Source: Patescibacteria group bacterium (GTDB lineage Bacteria; Patescibacteriota; Saccharimonadia; Saccharimonadales; 2-12-FULL-41-12). Taken from it: 64,000 nucleotides of DNA. Location of the stretch: assembly GCA_038064875.1 (NCBI GenBank), contig JBBTSC010000001.1, positions 571,004 to 635,003 of the forward strand. Reading direction: 5' to 3'. Below the pieces are notes generated by a model. It saw only the letters and a list, made by a program, of their open reading frames with translations. It searched no databases and was not told the origin of the DNA. Each line of letters opens with the position of its first letter. The first letter of the stretch is position 1. The position numbers and the translations under genes are program-made. Below, in pieces: positions 47,269 through 56,604 of this stretch.

Positions 47269-47795
47269 ATGGCAAAAAAAAGCAAAATAGTAGCAAAAAG
47301 TTTTCCTTTTGGTTTCTTGTTCTATTAACTATTATCCTTCTTGTCCTCGTACTTAAGGCTGGTTCTGGGTATATAGCAAACACCAACGACAAATCAAAGT
47401 TTAAAAAAGTTGAACAAGGTGTTCTAGCTGTTAGAAATAATCTCGAAAAGAATCGAACTCAGCCTGCTACTGTAGATAGGTCTTGCCAACAAGCTGTTGA
47501 GAAATATGGAGGTGGATATTGGGTGTGTTCAAGTGGAATAAATAGCGCAAACCATACATCTCTTGATGTATTCAACTCAGATCTGCAGAATTTTAGAAAT
47601 TCGATATTGGGATCGGCTCATTTTCATTCAGAAAAAATTATAGAGGAAAATAATGATGATTCACAAAAACATGTACGTTATTCTTATTATTCAGTAGCTA
47701 CCAATAAAGAGTGCGGGTTAACCGCGATTTATTCTGATGCCCAGAAAGTAATCTCTTTCGGATGTCAAATGAGGGTTAGCAAGCCGTTATTTTAA
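47269..47795 (+). pseudogene. anchored 4-Cys protein gene interrupted by a frameshift in an A8 tract (or expressed by slippage)
   Basis: ATG 47269 reads MAKK into the A8 run at 47274-47281 and stops about 20 codons after the ATG. The -1 frame is open from 47238 to 47795 with no ATG/GTG/TTG before 47523. That frame encodes KKKQNSSKKFSFWFLVLLTIILLVLVL..., a Lys-rich stretch plus a TM helix, then a domain paralogous to 43879-44370. Confidence 0.5.
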
Positions 47796-47868
47796 TTTGG
47801 GGCTCTAGCTTAAATATACAAAAAGAGGTTATGAATAAATATTTGAACACTTGCTCTATAATTAGAGC

Positions 47869-48963
47869 ATGTCGAAGCATGTTGTTATTGATGCACGGAT
47901 ACGGAAAGCCTCTAGCGGACGGCCTATTGAGCGACTTCTGGACAATATCGAGTCGCTGGATACGGAGAACAAATATACTATTTTGCTATCAAAGGGCGAC
48001 AACTGGCGAGCAAAGGCAGATAATTTCAGCGTACGGATCGTCAATTACAAACAATTCTCTCTAAATCCTCTGGAGCAAATCGGCTTTGCGTGGTTACTCT
48101 ACAAGCTGAAGCCTGATGTTGCTTTCTTTTCTATGACGCAGTATCCTCTGCTGTATTTTGGCAAGATAGTTGTCTTTACCCACGACTTGTCGATGTTCCG
48201 ATGGGCGCATCAGGGTAATTCAAACAAATTTGTCCACGGCATCAAAATGCTGGGCTACAAACTGCTCTTTTGGGCGGGGCATAAAAAAGCCAGCAAGATC
48301 ATCGTGCCTACCAAATTCGTAGAGCAAGATCTCATACAGTACCAGCCATTTACCAAAGACAAAATTGTCCAAATATATGAGGCTGTGGATTTGCCAAAGC
48401 AATTTTCTCCCAAAAAGCCGGCTATCCAGGCAAAGAAATTTATATTTTTTGTGGGCAATGCTTTTCCGCACAAAAATCTCTACCGTCTGATAGACGCCTT
48501 CGCGCTAATAAAAGACAAATATCCAGAACTCAGCCTGATCCTTGCGGGCAAGGAAGATTATTATTACAAAAACATCAAAAAGTACGTAGCCCAGAACAAT
48601 ATTAAAAACATAGAAATCACCGGATTTGTTACTGACTCAGAGCTTCATTGGCTCTACCAAAATGCTGAATTCTTTATCTACCCGTCTCTTTCTGAAGGAT
48701 TTGGCATACCACCCCTTGAGGCCATGGCCAACGACTGTGCCGTCGCGACCAGCAATGCTTCTTGTATACCAGAGGTCTGCGGAGACGCCGCCGAATACTT
48801 TGACCCAAATAGTGAGAACTCTATCGCCGGAAGTATCGAGAAGCTGATGGAAAGCCCAAGAACACGAACAGAACTGATCTCTAAAGGTCAAAAACAAATC
48901 AAAAAGTACTCGTGGACCAAGATGTCTGAGGGAATAGTCAACACCATCCAAAAGCTTCTCTAA
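47869..48963 (+). CDS. glycosyltransferase family 4 (mannosyl/rhamnosyltransferase-like)
   Basis: C-terminal PSLSEGFGIPPLEAMANDCAVATSNASCIPEVCGDAAEYFDP (EX7E). TATAAT (47857-47862) lies 6 nt before the ATG. Confidence 0.85.
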   Translation: MSKHVVIDARIRKASSGRPIERLLDNIESLDTENKYTILLSKGDNWRAKADNFSVRIVNYKQFSLNPLEQIGFAWLLYKLKPDVAFFSMTQYPLLYFGKIVVFTHDLSMFRWAHQGNSNKFVHGIKMLGYKLLFWAGHKKASKIIVPTKFVEQDLIQYQPFTKDKIVQIYEAVDLPKQFSPKKPAIQAKKFIFFVGNAFPHKNLYRLIDAFALIKDKYPELSLILAGKEDYYYKNIKKYVAQNNIKNIEITGFVTDSELHWLYQNAEFFIYPSLSEGFGIPPLEAMANDCAVATSNASCIPEVCGDAAEYFDPNSENSIAGSIEKLMESPRTRTELISKGQKQIKKYSWTKMSEGIVNTIQKLL

Positions 48964-49010
48964 ATTAACCCTGGTGATATCTTGCTTATGGTTTATAATT
49001 AAATACTAGA

Positions 49011-50603
49011 ATGAGGTGGTATAACCCAATCGCGCAGAACAAATCTGCAAAGAAGGACGAATCCGGCTACAGTCTTGTGGAGCTGGTGATAGGTCTAACT
49101 ATCTTTGCCATGGTCGCCCTAGCACTAATAGGACTGTTTACTGCGCTGGTGCAAAGCTCTCTGCTAATAAAGCGTAAATCTGTGGCGCTAACACTAGCCA
49201 CCAACCAAATGGAATACTTAAAATCTCTTCCTTATAACAGCCTGGTTATTGCTGGTGGGAGTATCTATGGCACCGCGCCTCTCCCTGCCAATACATACAA
49301 TACGGTCAATGGAGTAACTTACCGCACCAATACTAGCATCAACTATGTCGACGATGCCTATGATGGCTGTGGATCATATGGAACACCAGCCCTGAAAGCC
49401 CTCTACTGCAAAAACCAACCAGCGCCAACAGGAGCACCAGCAACCGACACCAACCCAGCCGACTACAAGATAGTTCATGTCGTGGTCTATAACAGCGCCA
49501 ACGTCCCGTACGCAGAGGTCGATACCCAAATATCGGCCCGGGTAGCAGAGACCGCAAGTACTACGGGAGCGCTATTTGTCACGGTGATCGACGACAACGG
49601 CAATCCTGTTAGTGGCGCGAATATCAACGTCGTGAACTCAACTCTAACACCGAACGTTAATCTCAACGACTCTTCTGATGCCAACGGAGTGGCAATATTT
49701 TATAACCTACCACCAGATACCACAGGATACGACTACACTGTCACTGCATCCAAAAGTGGCTATTCGACTCTGAGCACAATAAAGCCATTTGGATCACTAA
49801 CCCCTACGTATCCAAGCCAAAATATTTTCTCCCAGCTGTCGTCTTATGTGACCCTGGTCATAAAACCTATGGTCACCAACAGCCTGATTGTTGAAGCCAC
49901 AGATACTTCCGGCAATCCGATAGCGAGTTTGCGAGTAAGCGCCAAAGGTGGGTACAAAAAATACACTTCCACAACCAACACCGAATATTACTATAATAAC
50001 TTTGATCCGACTGATGTCAGAGCCACAACTGGTGGTGATGGAGTGGCAACCTTCTCTAGCTTGACACCTGGTGAGTATATCTTCTGTGACGGTAGCGGTA
50101 GTGGCTGTAGAATCGGCAATAACAACTATTATCTAGTGGCTGCATTGCCGTATAGTGGGTCAAACTCATTTAACCCAGTAAATGTACCGTCTGTCCCCAT
50201 TGGATCAACACCTAACCCTGTATTCAACTACAGCGGTAATGACTACGTCCAAAAAGTCCGTTTGATGTTCTCAACTGACTCTTCTTTCCCAAGCATATCG
50301 ACCATCACACCAGACGAAGCATCTATCGCAAACGATAATTTGAGCGCCTTTGAATTCCAAATAGACGGCAAGGGTATCCCTTGCTCTGCTTCTGCTGGGG
50401 CTTGTGCAACCACTGTAAGAATACTTCAAGGTGGATCTACGTACACCGCTTCTTGTACTGGTACAGCTGACACCCATATGGATTGCACTGTGAACATGTC
50501 TGGGGCAACCGCAGGATTAACCCAGCTCCAGATAGTGGTGGGATCAAAAACCCTAACTGTTCCTGCTGGTTCTATGATGGGAGGCATCAATGTCACTCCT
50601 TAG
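49011..50603 (+). CDS. large type IV pilin-like protein (prepilin N-terminus + two carboxypeptidase-regulatory-like beta-sandwich domains)
   Basis: Prepilin motif KDESG/YSLVELVIGLTIFAMVALALIGLF (Gly-1, Glu+5). The CarboxypepD_reg-like segments are FVTVIDDNGNPVSGANINV...YTVTASKSGY and IVEATDTSGNPIASLRVSA...GVATFSSLTPGEYIF. Confidence 0.75.
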   Translation: MRWYNPIAQNKSAKKDESGYSLVELVIGLTIFAMVALALIGLFTALVQSSLLIKRKSVALTLATNQMEYLKSLPYNSLVIAGGSIYGTAPLPANTYNTVNGVTYRTNTSINYVDDAYDGCGSYGTPALKALYCKNQPAPTGAPATDTNPADYKIVHVVVYNSANVPYAEVDTQISARVAETASTTGALFVTVIDDNGNPVSGANINVVNSTLTPNVNLNDSSDANGVAIFYNLPPDTTGYDYTVTASKSGYSTLSTIKPFGSLTPTYPSQNIFSQLSSYVTLVIKPMVTNSLIVEATDTSGNPIASLRVSAKGGYKKYTSTTNTEYYYNNFDPTDVRATTGGDGVATFSSLTPGEYIFCDGSGSGCRIGNNNYYLVAALPYSGSNSFNPVNVPSVPIGSTPNPVFNYSGNDYVQKVRLMFSTDSSFPSISTITPDEASIANDNLSAFEFQIDGKGIPCSASAGACATTVRILQGGSTYTASCTGTADTHMDCTVNMSGATAGLTQLQIVVGSKTLTVPAGSMMGGINVTP

Positions 50604-51207
50604 AACTAACAAGATACGTAAGGTCGAGGCTGGATTCTCGCTGATAGAATTAGTAATTGCGATGACTTTGATCGGTATTATCACTACTATTCTCTACACT
50701 GTATTTAACAACAACTTCAGTCAATTTATGGCGTTGCAGACAAACAATGTCAAACACGGCGAGCTATCTACACAGAGCCAGCGCATGGGCAGTCTGATCC
50801 GCGGACTGACTGATATCACAGCTGCCACATCGTCTGAACTAACATTTTACGCATACCTATCGCCACGGGATGACACAGTTTCTTTGATTCGGTACTACAA
50901 GAGCACCGACGGAACTAAGTTGCATGCAGACGTAACGCCGATGTCAGCGAATCCTCCAACAGGCACACCGATCACTTCAGATCAAAAAACGATCACCCTG
51001 CTTGATAACTTCTACACTGTAAGTGGAGTTAACTTATTTACTTATCTAGATTCAGCTGGCAACACCCTGACCACACCAATAACTGACCTGCGAACAATCA
51101 AGGGCGTCAAAACAACCCTGGCAGTAGCAAACACGGTACCTGTAATAACTGGCAACGAGACCGTGTCTGTCCAAGTGTCACTTCGTAACAGAAAGAGTAA
51201 TCTATGA
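50590..51207 (+). CDS. type IV minor pilin / pseudopilin
   Basis: Prepilin cleavage/methylation motif VEAG/FSLIELVIAMTLIGIITTILY. It overlaps the upstream gene. Confidence 0.75.
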   Translation: MSLLRTNKIRKVEAGFSLIELVIAMTLIGIITTILYTVFNNNFSQFMALQTNNVKHGELSTQSQRMGSLIRGLTDITAATSSELTFYAYLSPRDDTVSLIRYYKSTDGTKLHADVTPMSANPPTGTPITSDQKTITLLDNFYTVSGVNLFTYLDSAGNTLTTPITDLRTIKGVKTTLAVANTVPVITGNETVSVQVSLRNRKSNL

Positions 51208-52796
51208 AAAATATAAAAAGGCTTCTTGAGGATTCAACTACCGGATTCATCATCCCGACAGTTCTGAGCATGATCTTGGCACTGACTATAATTTCTACCT
51301 CAGCTGCGCTGATAATTGACTCAAACTTGGGTATTGGAGATAACAACATAAAGCGTCAGCAGGCGTTCAATATTGCTGAGGCCGGGCTGAATTATTACCT
51401 GTGGCATTTGAGCCATAACGGTACAGACTACAAAGACGGGCAATCAACGCCTACTACGCCTGATGCAACCTTGGGCTACGGCCCCTATGTACATGATTAT
51501 TATGACGACAATGCTAAAAAAGTAGGCACATACACTCTATGGATCAAACCCCAGGGCGGGGGCTCTACGGTGGTAAAAATTCGCTCAATCGGTGAAGAGC
51601 TAAAATCGCATACTAAAAGAACTTTGGAGGCAGAGATAGGTTCGCCTTCATACGCCAGCTATAGCGTAACTTCAGACAGCGCCCTTTGGTTTGGGGCAAA
51701 CGAGTCCGCAACTGGCCCTGTTCACTCAAATGTTGGTGTTCGTATGGACGGAGCGAGTAGCTCTGACGTCACTAGCGCAAATGCTACATATGTGCCTCCT
51801 GGTGCAAATGGTGGAGACGGAGCGAGCCATCCAGGCGTTTGGTGTCATAGCTCAATCACAACTCCTGTAAACTGTGCGACGAGATCAAAGGCTGACTGGC
51901 AATACCCAGTTCCTTCGATTGATTTCAACCAAGTTACCACAGGTCTATGTACCATGAAGCGTACCGCCTTTGCCGACTACGCAGCCACTTCTGCACTAGC
52001 AACTCAAGCTAATGCTTGTACCCAAGTGCCGACAACCAGAACTAACGCATATTTGCCACAAAGAGCTACCAACGGATCTTACAACCAGACTCGGGGCTGG
52101 GAGATAGATCTTAACAGCAACAATACGTATAACCTGTACCAAGTGAATGGTGAGAACGATCAAGCAGCCAACTACACCGCCGCACTGACACGCGTGCTTA
52201 CTGCTTCAAATATTGCTATCCCTCCTTCTGGGGTCATATTTGCTGAAGACAACGTCTGGGTACGGACAACTGCTGGATTCAACGGAAGAGTAACTATCGG
52301 AGCAGGACGTTTGGCGACTAATTCAAATGCTCAGATTATGATCGCTGACGATATGCAATATGCTGTCAAAAACGGAACGATTGCTATTGGCCTAGTAGCA
52401 GAAGGTAACGTGTCAATTGCCCCATACGCACCTCCACAGTCTGGATCGTTTACTTTCGAAGTCAATGCAGCTATCGTCTCACAGAGCGGTAATGTTCTAT
52501 ATCCTAGCACCTATAGAACCAACTCTAGTCGTTGCACACTAGGCTGGGTGAATAGCAACCAAATCTTCTCTTTCTACGGCTCTGTGGCAACACGTCAGAC
52601 ATGGACATGGACATGGATCAGAGGAAGTTCTTGTGCTAACGCTGTGTATAGTGCGTCAGATGGAGGCTATATCTCTGGCATCTCACACAACAATACTGAG
52701 TATGATTACAGCCTATCTTATACCCCTCCTCCAAGTTTCCCAATAACTAGTAGTTACAATATCTTGTCTTGGCGTGAAGTGTTAACGACGCCTTAA
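51204..52796 (+). CDS. PilX-like pilus-associated protein (large)
   Basis: Hydrophobic N-terminus TGFIIPTVLSMILALTIISTSAAL lacking Glu+5, followed by QQAFNIAEAGLNYYLWHL, which is typical of the PilX N-terminal domain. It shares an ATGA overlap with the upstream pilin gene. Confidence 0.55.
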   Translation: MKNIKRLLEDSTTGFIIPTVLSMILALTIISTSAALIIDSNLGIGDNNIKRQQAFNIAEAGLNYYLWHLSHNGTDYKDGQSTPTTPDATLGYGPYVHDYYDDNAKKVGTYTLWIKPQGGGSTVVKIRSIGEELKSHTKRTLEAEIGSPSYASYSVTSDSALWFGANESATGPVHSNVGVRMDGASSSDVTSANATYVPPGANGGDGASHPGVWCHSSITTPVNCATRSKADWQYPVPSIDFNQVTTGLCTMKRTAFADYAATSALATQANACTQVPTTRTNAYLPQRATNGSYNQTRGWEIDLNSNNTYNLYQVNGENDQAANYTAALTRVLTASNIAIPPSGVIFAEDNVWVRTTAGFNGRVTIGAGRLATNSNAQIMIADDMQYAVKNGTIAIGLVAEGNVSIAPYAPPQSGSFTFEVNAAIVSQSGNVLYPSTYRTNSSRCTLGWVNSNQIFSFYGSVATRQTWTWTWIRGSSCANAVYSASDGGYISGISHNNTEYDYSLSYTPPPSFPITSSYNILSWREVLTTP

Positions 52797-52802
52797 GGGA
52801 AT

Positions 52803-53267
52803 TTATTCTTTGGCTTCTGGCACACGAAGTACGATATGACGATCTCGCCCAACACCTTCTGACTCGGTAGAAAGACCGTGCTCACTAGCAACCTTGTGCA
52901 CTGTGCGCCTGTCGGCAGCATTCATTGGCTTGAGATGCATTTCTTTGTTGTCTTCTTTAACCTTTTCGATCCACTCCATAGCAGTCTCTTTAAGGCGATC
53001 TGCTCGCTGTTTTTTATAGTCGGCAACGTCGATATTTACTCTTGAGATTTCGTGTCCGGTACTGCGAAGCGCGTTACTCACTAAGAACTGAAAAGCGTGC
53101 ACTGTCTCTCCGCGATTACCAATCAAGAATCCATTCAAATGAGTTGAAGGGATGTTGAGCTCAATAACCTCGTCTTCACTATTTGTCGCATGTACATCTG
53201 TGTTCAGCCCAAAAAAGGACAACAAGTCTTCAAGATATTTTTTTGCGTATAGTATTGATTCTTCCAT
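52803..53267 (-). CDS. jag: Jag/KhpB-type RNA-binding protein (KH + R3H)
   Basis: KH-like LIGNRGETVHAFQFLV, R3H-like MNAADRRTVHKVASEHGLSTESEG, and a conserved position next to yidC. Confidence 0.85.
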   Translation of the reverse strand: MEESILYAKKYLEDLLSFFGLNTDVHATNSEDEVIELNIPSTHLNGFLIGNRGETVHAFQFLVSNALRSTGHEISRVNIDVADYKKQRADRLKETAMEWIEKVKEDNKEMHLKPMNAADRRTVHKVASEHGLSTESEGVGRDRHIVLRVPEAKE

Positions 53268-53333
53268 GAGCTTACCCGCTTTCTTTGCTACATTCTAGCA
53301 AAGATTGTGCCTGGTATAAAGATCTGAGGAAAT

Positions 53334-54230
53334 CTATTTTCTCTTTTTTTTCTTAGCTTTTGTTTTTTTGGCTTTTGTTGATTTCTTTGGCTTTGGTTCA
53401 TCTGGAAGTTCTGCTTCTTCTTCCATTTCTTCTTGGTCTTGGTCAAGCACATGCTTTTGCTGAAAGTAGCCAACTACCGTAGTTGTCAAAATATAAAGAG
53501 TTAGTGCAGACGGGATGTTAATAGAGAATACAACAGTTATGATCGGCAGGACTTTGACCATCATCTGACCAATAGCACCGTTAACATCACCTTGATCTAC
53601 GGTTGTGCCACTGGCTGCTGATTTCATGATATCCGATAATTTCTTTGCATCTTTAGCGTCGCTAACCATTAATTTACTTTGTCTGTACTGTGCATAACCA
53701 GCGATAAGCGCCAAAATTATAGCTGGAAGATATATTCCCTTTGCGCTGATTCCAGCCCCGGACAAGTCTACCGCACCTATAAATTCGTGGCTGAACTTTG
53801 TTATGTCGCCTGCTAGTTCCTGAATATATGGCAAGTTCCTGATCGGTTCATAAGAGAAGTTCACGAGTGTATTTGGGTCATTGATAAGCCTTAGAACTGC
53901 TTGATAAAGACCAATAAATATCGGTATTTGAATTATTAGTGTCAGGATAGTTGTGGCAGGCTTGATGCCATACTCTTTATATAGTTCCATCTGGAGTCTA
54001 GCTTCTTTTTGACGGTCGCCACTTGCTTGTTTTTTAATAGCCTTTAGTTGTGGCTGAAGTTTTTTTATGAGTTTTGCTTGATGAAGTTGTTTCTTTAGAA
54101 TAGGCCAAAGCGCCAATCGAATCATAAGTGTAAAGATGATAATCGCTACACCGAGATCATGCCCAGGCAGAACTGCGTAGATAAATTCTAATACATTAAA
54201 AACCGGTTGTACTATGTAGTCATCAAACAT
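53334..54230 (-). CDS. yidC: membrane protein insertase YidC (short, monoderm-type, Lys-rich tail)
   Basis: IIIFTLMIRLALWPL, KLQPQLKAIKKQ, MELYKEYGIKP, and a C-terminal KKSTKAKKTKAKKKKRK. Confidence 0.9.
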   Translation of the reverse strand: MFDDYIVQPVFNVLEFIYAVLPGHDLGVAIIIFTLMIRLALWPILKKQLHQAKLIKKLQPQLKAIKKQASGDRQKEARLQMELYKEYGIKPATTILTLIIQIPIFIGLYQAVLRLINDPNTLVNFSYEPIRNLPYIQELAGDITKFSHEFIGAVDLSGAGISAKGIYLPAIILALIAGYAQYRQSKLMVSDAKDAKKLSDIMKSAASGTTVDQGDVNGAIGQMMVKVLPIITVVFSINIPSALTLYILTTTVVGYFQQKHVLDQDQEEMEEEAELPDEPKPKKSTKAKKTKAKKKKRK

Positions 54231-54250
54231 TTTAGAATATTATACCTCAG

Positions 54251-54613
54251 TTATTTGCTTTTACCTACGCCTGTGGGTGGTTTAACTTTGGCAAATGCTT
54301 CTTTTAGTTGTTTCTGCAACGTCTCGCTTGGCACGCCGGAAAGCCCTTCATCAAATACGGTTAGCATAATATCGTATTCATATGTTGCCGGGACATTGAG
54401 ACGGACCCATTCATACAGCCTTCTTCTTATTCGGTTGCGAACAACGGCTGTTTTTGCCGTTTTCTTGCTAACAACAATTGCTACCTTGAAGTCACTTTTT
54501 GGCTTTTTTGGCTTGTATCTCAGTTGAAATTCTTTGGTACGAATAACTGAGGCATTATTATACATACCGACAATATTCTTTCTGCCGTGAAATCTATTTT
54601 TTGCTGAGATCAT
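54251..54613 (-). CDS. rnpA: ribonuclease P protein component
   Basis: Basic 120-aa protein with the KKTAKTAVVRNRIRRRL (RNR motif), located between rpmH and yidC. Confidence 0.85.
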   Translation of the reverse strand: MISAKNRFHGRKNIVGMYNNASVIRTKEFQLRYKPKKPKSDFKVAIVVSKKTAKTAVVRNRIRRRLYEWVRLNVPATYEYDIMLTVFDEGLSGVPSETLQKQLKEAFAKVKPPTGVGKSK

Positions 54614-54636
54614 GATTCCCCTGAATCCTTTCGGGA

Positions 54637-54774
54637 TTAGTGGGTCAAACGAGCGCGACCTTTATTTCGACGACTGTTCAAAACACGCCTACCAGCTTTG
54701 GTAGTCATTCTTTTGAAAAATCCGTGCACGCGTGATCGTTTTCTCTTTTTTGGTTGATATGTTCTTTTAGGCAT
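54637..54774 (-). CDS. rpmH: 50S ribosomal protein L34
   Basis: Own translation gives [45 protein letters not shown] (45 aa), the canonical L34. It is too short to appear in the ORF track. Confidence 0.95.
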   Translation of the reverse strand: MPKRTYQPKKRKRSRVHGFFKRMTTKAGRRVLNSRRNKGRARLTH

Positions 54775-54852
54775 AACTTTAGTACCTCACTATACCAATT
54801 ATGCCTCATCTGGTCAACAGATTTGGCGTTTGGCTAAAAATGTTGTTTGTTG

Positions 54853-54970
54853 TTTTCCACTCAACACCCCCACTTCTCCACATATTTTAAGGTGTTGTTT
54901 ATTTATGTGGATAACTTTTGGTCTTTTTTGGTGGTTTTTTCTTTGCTGTTGTTTTTTTGGCTGTGGAAAA
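54853..54970. promoter_or_regulatory. DnaA-box cluster (oriC part 1 / dnaA promoter region)
   Basis: Perfect TGTGGATAA (complement of TTATCCACA) at 54906-54914. One-mismatch boxes are TTCTCCACA at 54874-54882 and TGTGGAAAA at 54962-54970. A two-mismatch box TTTTCCACT is at 54853-54861. T-rich tracts lie between the boxes. Confidence 0.7.
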
Positions 54971-55024
54971 CTTTCATTTAATTGTTTATGATGTGTGTAG
55001 AGTAAGTTTATTTGAGGGGAAAAA

Positions 55025-56380
55025 TTGGATACAGAGCTTTTGTGGAAGACCGTTTTAGGTGAAATTGAGTTAAGTGTCTCTAAGGGCAACTTTGTAACTT
55101 GGTTCAAAAATACACGTTTAGTGAGCGTTAATGACCAGGCTGTTGTTATAGGTGTACCGAACGTTTTTATCCAAAACCAATTAGAAAAACGGTTTAAAGA
55201 AATGTTAGTTGAAATAATCCAAAAAAACGGTGTTTCTGACCCTAAAATTTCTTTTCAAAACCTGCCGGTAAGTCAGACGAGAAAAGATGATGAAGTTGTT
55301 GTGCTCACCCACACAGCCAACGCTCCCTCTGCCAAACCCCAGACAGTCGACGGAATTACACACTCATATAGAGCGGGTATAAATACTCGTTATACCTTCG
55401 ATAATTTTGTGGTTGGTGGAAGTAACGAGCTTGCATATGCTGCTTGCCAAGGTGTGGCAACCAATCCTGGAAGCAAATATAACCCTTTATTCCTTTACGG
55501 TGGTGTGGGAATAGGTAAAACACACTTGATCCAGGCTGTTGGTAATGAAATTATTAAAAACAACCCAAATGCACAGGTCGTATATATTTCTACAGAACAA
55601 TTTGTCCAAGAATTCTTAGACGCAATCCGGTACAAAAAAAATACGGACTTTGCAGGATATTATCGTGGTGCTGATGTTCTTATCGTTGATGACATCCAGT
55701 TCATTGCAGGCAAAGAAAAAACCCAAGAAGAGTTTTTCCATACATTTAACGCCCTACACCAAGCCAACAAACAAATTATCATGAGTAGTGATAGGCACCC
55801 GGGTGATATACCAACATTATCTGAGAGACTCCAGTCCAGGTTCGGTTGGGGTATGGCAATTGATATGTATGCGCCTGATTTTGAGACGCGTTGTGCAATA
55901 ATTAGCCAGAAATCCTCAGCAAGTGGCTTTGATTTCTCCGCTGAGCTTGTTGAGTATTTAGCTGGTGTTATCAAAAATAACATTCGTGAACTTGAAGGAA
56001 TTATCAATCAAATTGTCGCATTTTGTGAAATGCGCGAGATTGAGCCCTCTGTGGAAATGGCGAAAGCTTTATTTGGGAAACTAGGTGGCCGCCCAAGGCA
56101 CTTTTCTCCCAAAAGAGTTATCGACGTTGTTGCAAACCGATATTCGGTGAGTGTTGAGGACATTTTAAGCCCAAAGCGGGACAAGGATATTGTTTTCCCA
56201 AGACATATAGCTATGTTTATTTTGCGGGATGAATTACACTTGAGTTTCCCGAAAATTGCTGTGGCGCTTGGTCGAAAAGACCACACCACGGCCATACATT
56301 CTGTAGAGAAAATAGCCAGGGAATTATCCCTTGACCCGCGCTTGAAGTCTGAGGTTGAGGAAATTAGGGGGTTACTCTAA
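55025..56380 (+). CDS. dnaA: chromosomal replication initiator DnaA
   Basis: WKTVLGEIELSVSKGNFVTWF, Walker A GGVGIGKTHL, LIVDDIQF, sensor SDRHP, and C-terminal HTH KDHTTAIHSVEKI. TTG start with GAGGGGA SD. Confidence 0.97.
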   Translation: MDTELLWKTVLGEIELSVSKGNFVTWFKNTRLVSVNDQAVVIGVPNVFIQNQLEKRFKEMLVEIIQKNGVSDPKISFQNLPVSQTRKDDEVVVLTHTANAPSAKPQTVDGITHSYRAGINTRYTFDNFVVGGSNELAYAACQGVATNPGSKYNPLFLYGGVGIGKTHLIQAVGNEIIKNNPNAQVVYISTEQFVQEFLDAIRYKKNTDFAGYYRGADVLIVDDIQFIAGKEKTQEEFFHTFNALHQANKQIIMSSDRHPGDIPTLSERLQSRFGWGMAIDMYAPDFETRCAIISQKSSASGFDFSAELVEYLAGVIKNNIRELEGIINQIVAFCEMREIEPSVEMAKALFGKLGGRPRHFSPKRVIDVVANRYSVSVEDILSPKRDKDIVFPRHIAMFILRDELHLSFPKIAVALGRKDHTTAIHSVEKIARELSLDPRLKSEVEEIRGLL

Positions 56381-56604
56381 GATGAATCAACTATGTGGTT
56401 ATGTTGTGGGCTGTGCTGTGCAAAACTTTTTTGTTAAAAACTTATCCCCATTCCGCCCAGTTGTTTTTACACAGGTTTTTACTAACTCTTTTTCTCTTTT
56501 TTCCATTTTTCAAGGTGTTAATTTTTCTTTCCCACAGTTTCAACAGGGCTTATTACTAAAACATTTTAATCTTTCATTTAATACTATTAATAAGGACGGT
56601 ATTT
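56381..56604. promoter_or_regulatory. dnaA-dnaN spacer with degenerate DnaA boxes and AT-rich stretch (possible oriC part 2 / DUE)
   Basis: Contains TTATCCCCA (1 mismatch), and TGTGGTTAT and TTTCCCACA (2 mismatches each). An AT-rich run, AAAACATTTTAATCTTTCATTTAATACTATTAATAAGG, precedes dnaN. Confidence 0.4.

Noticed and set aside
53283-53303. 8-bp hairpin CTTTGCTA-cattc-TAGCAAAG between yidC and jag as a terminator
   Set aside because: No U-tract follows it on either strand, and yidC-jag are normally co-transcribed. At most it is an mRNA processing or stability element, so I did not call it as a feature.
54814-55107. 97-aa minus-strand ORF in the ORF track
   Set aside because: It lies across the DnaA-box region and the 5' end of dnaA. 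It has low-complexity Q/K-rich composition and no SD, so it is almost certainly a non-coding shadow of oriC.
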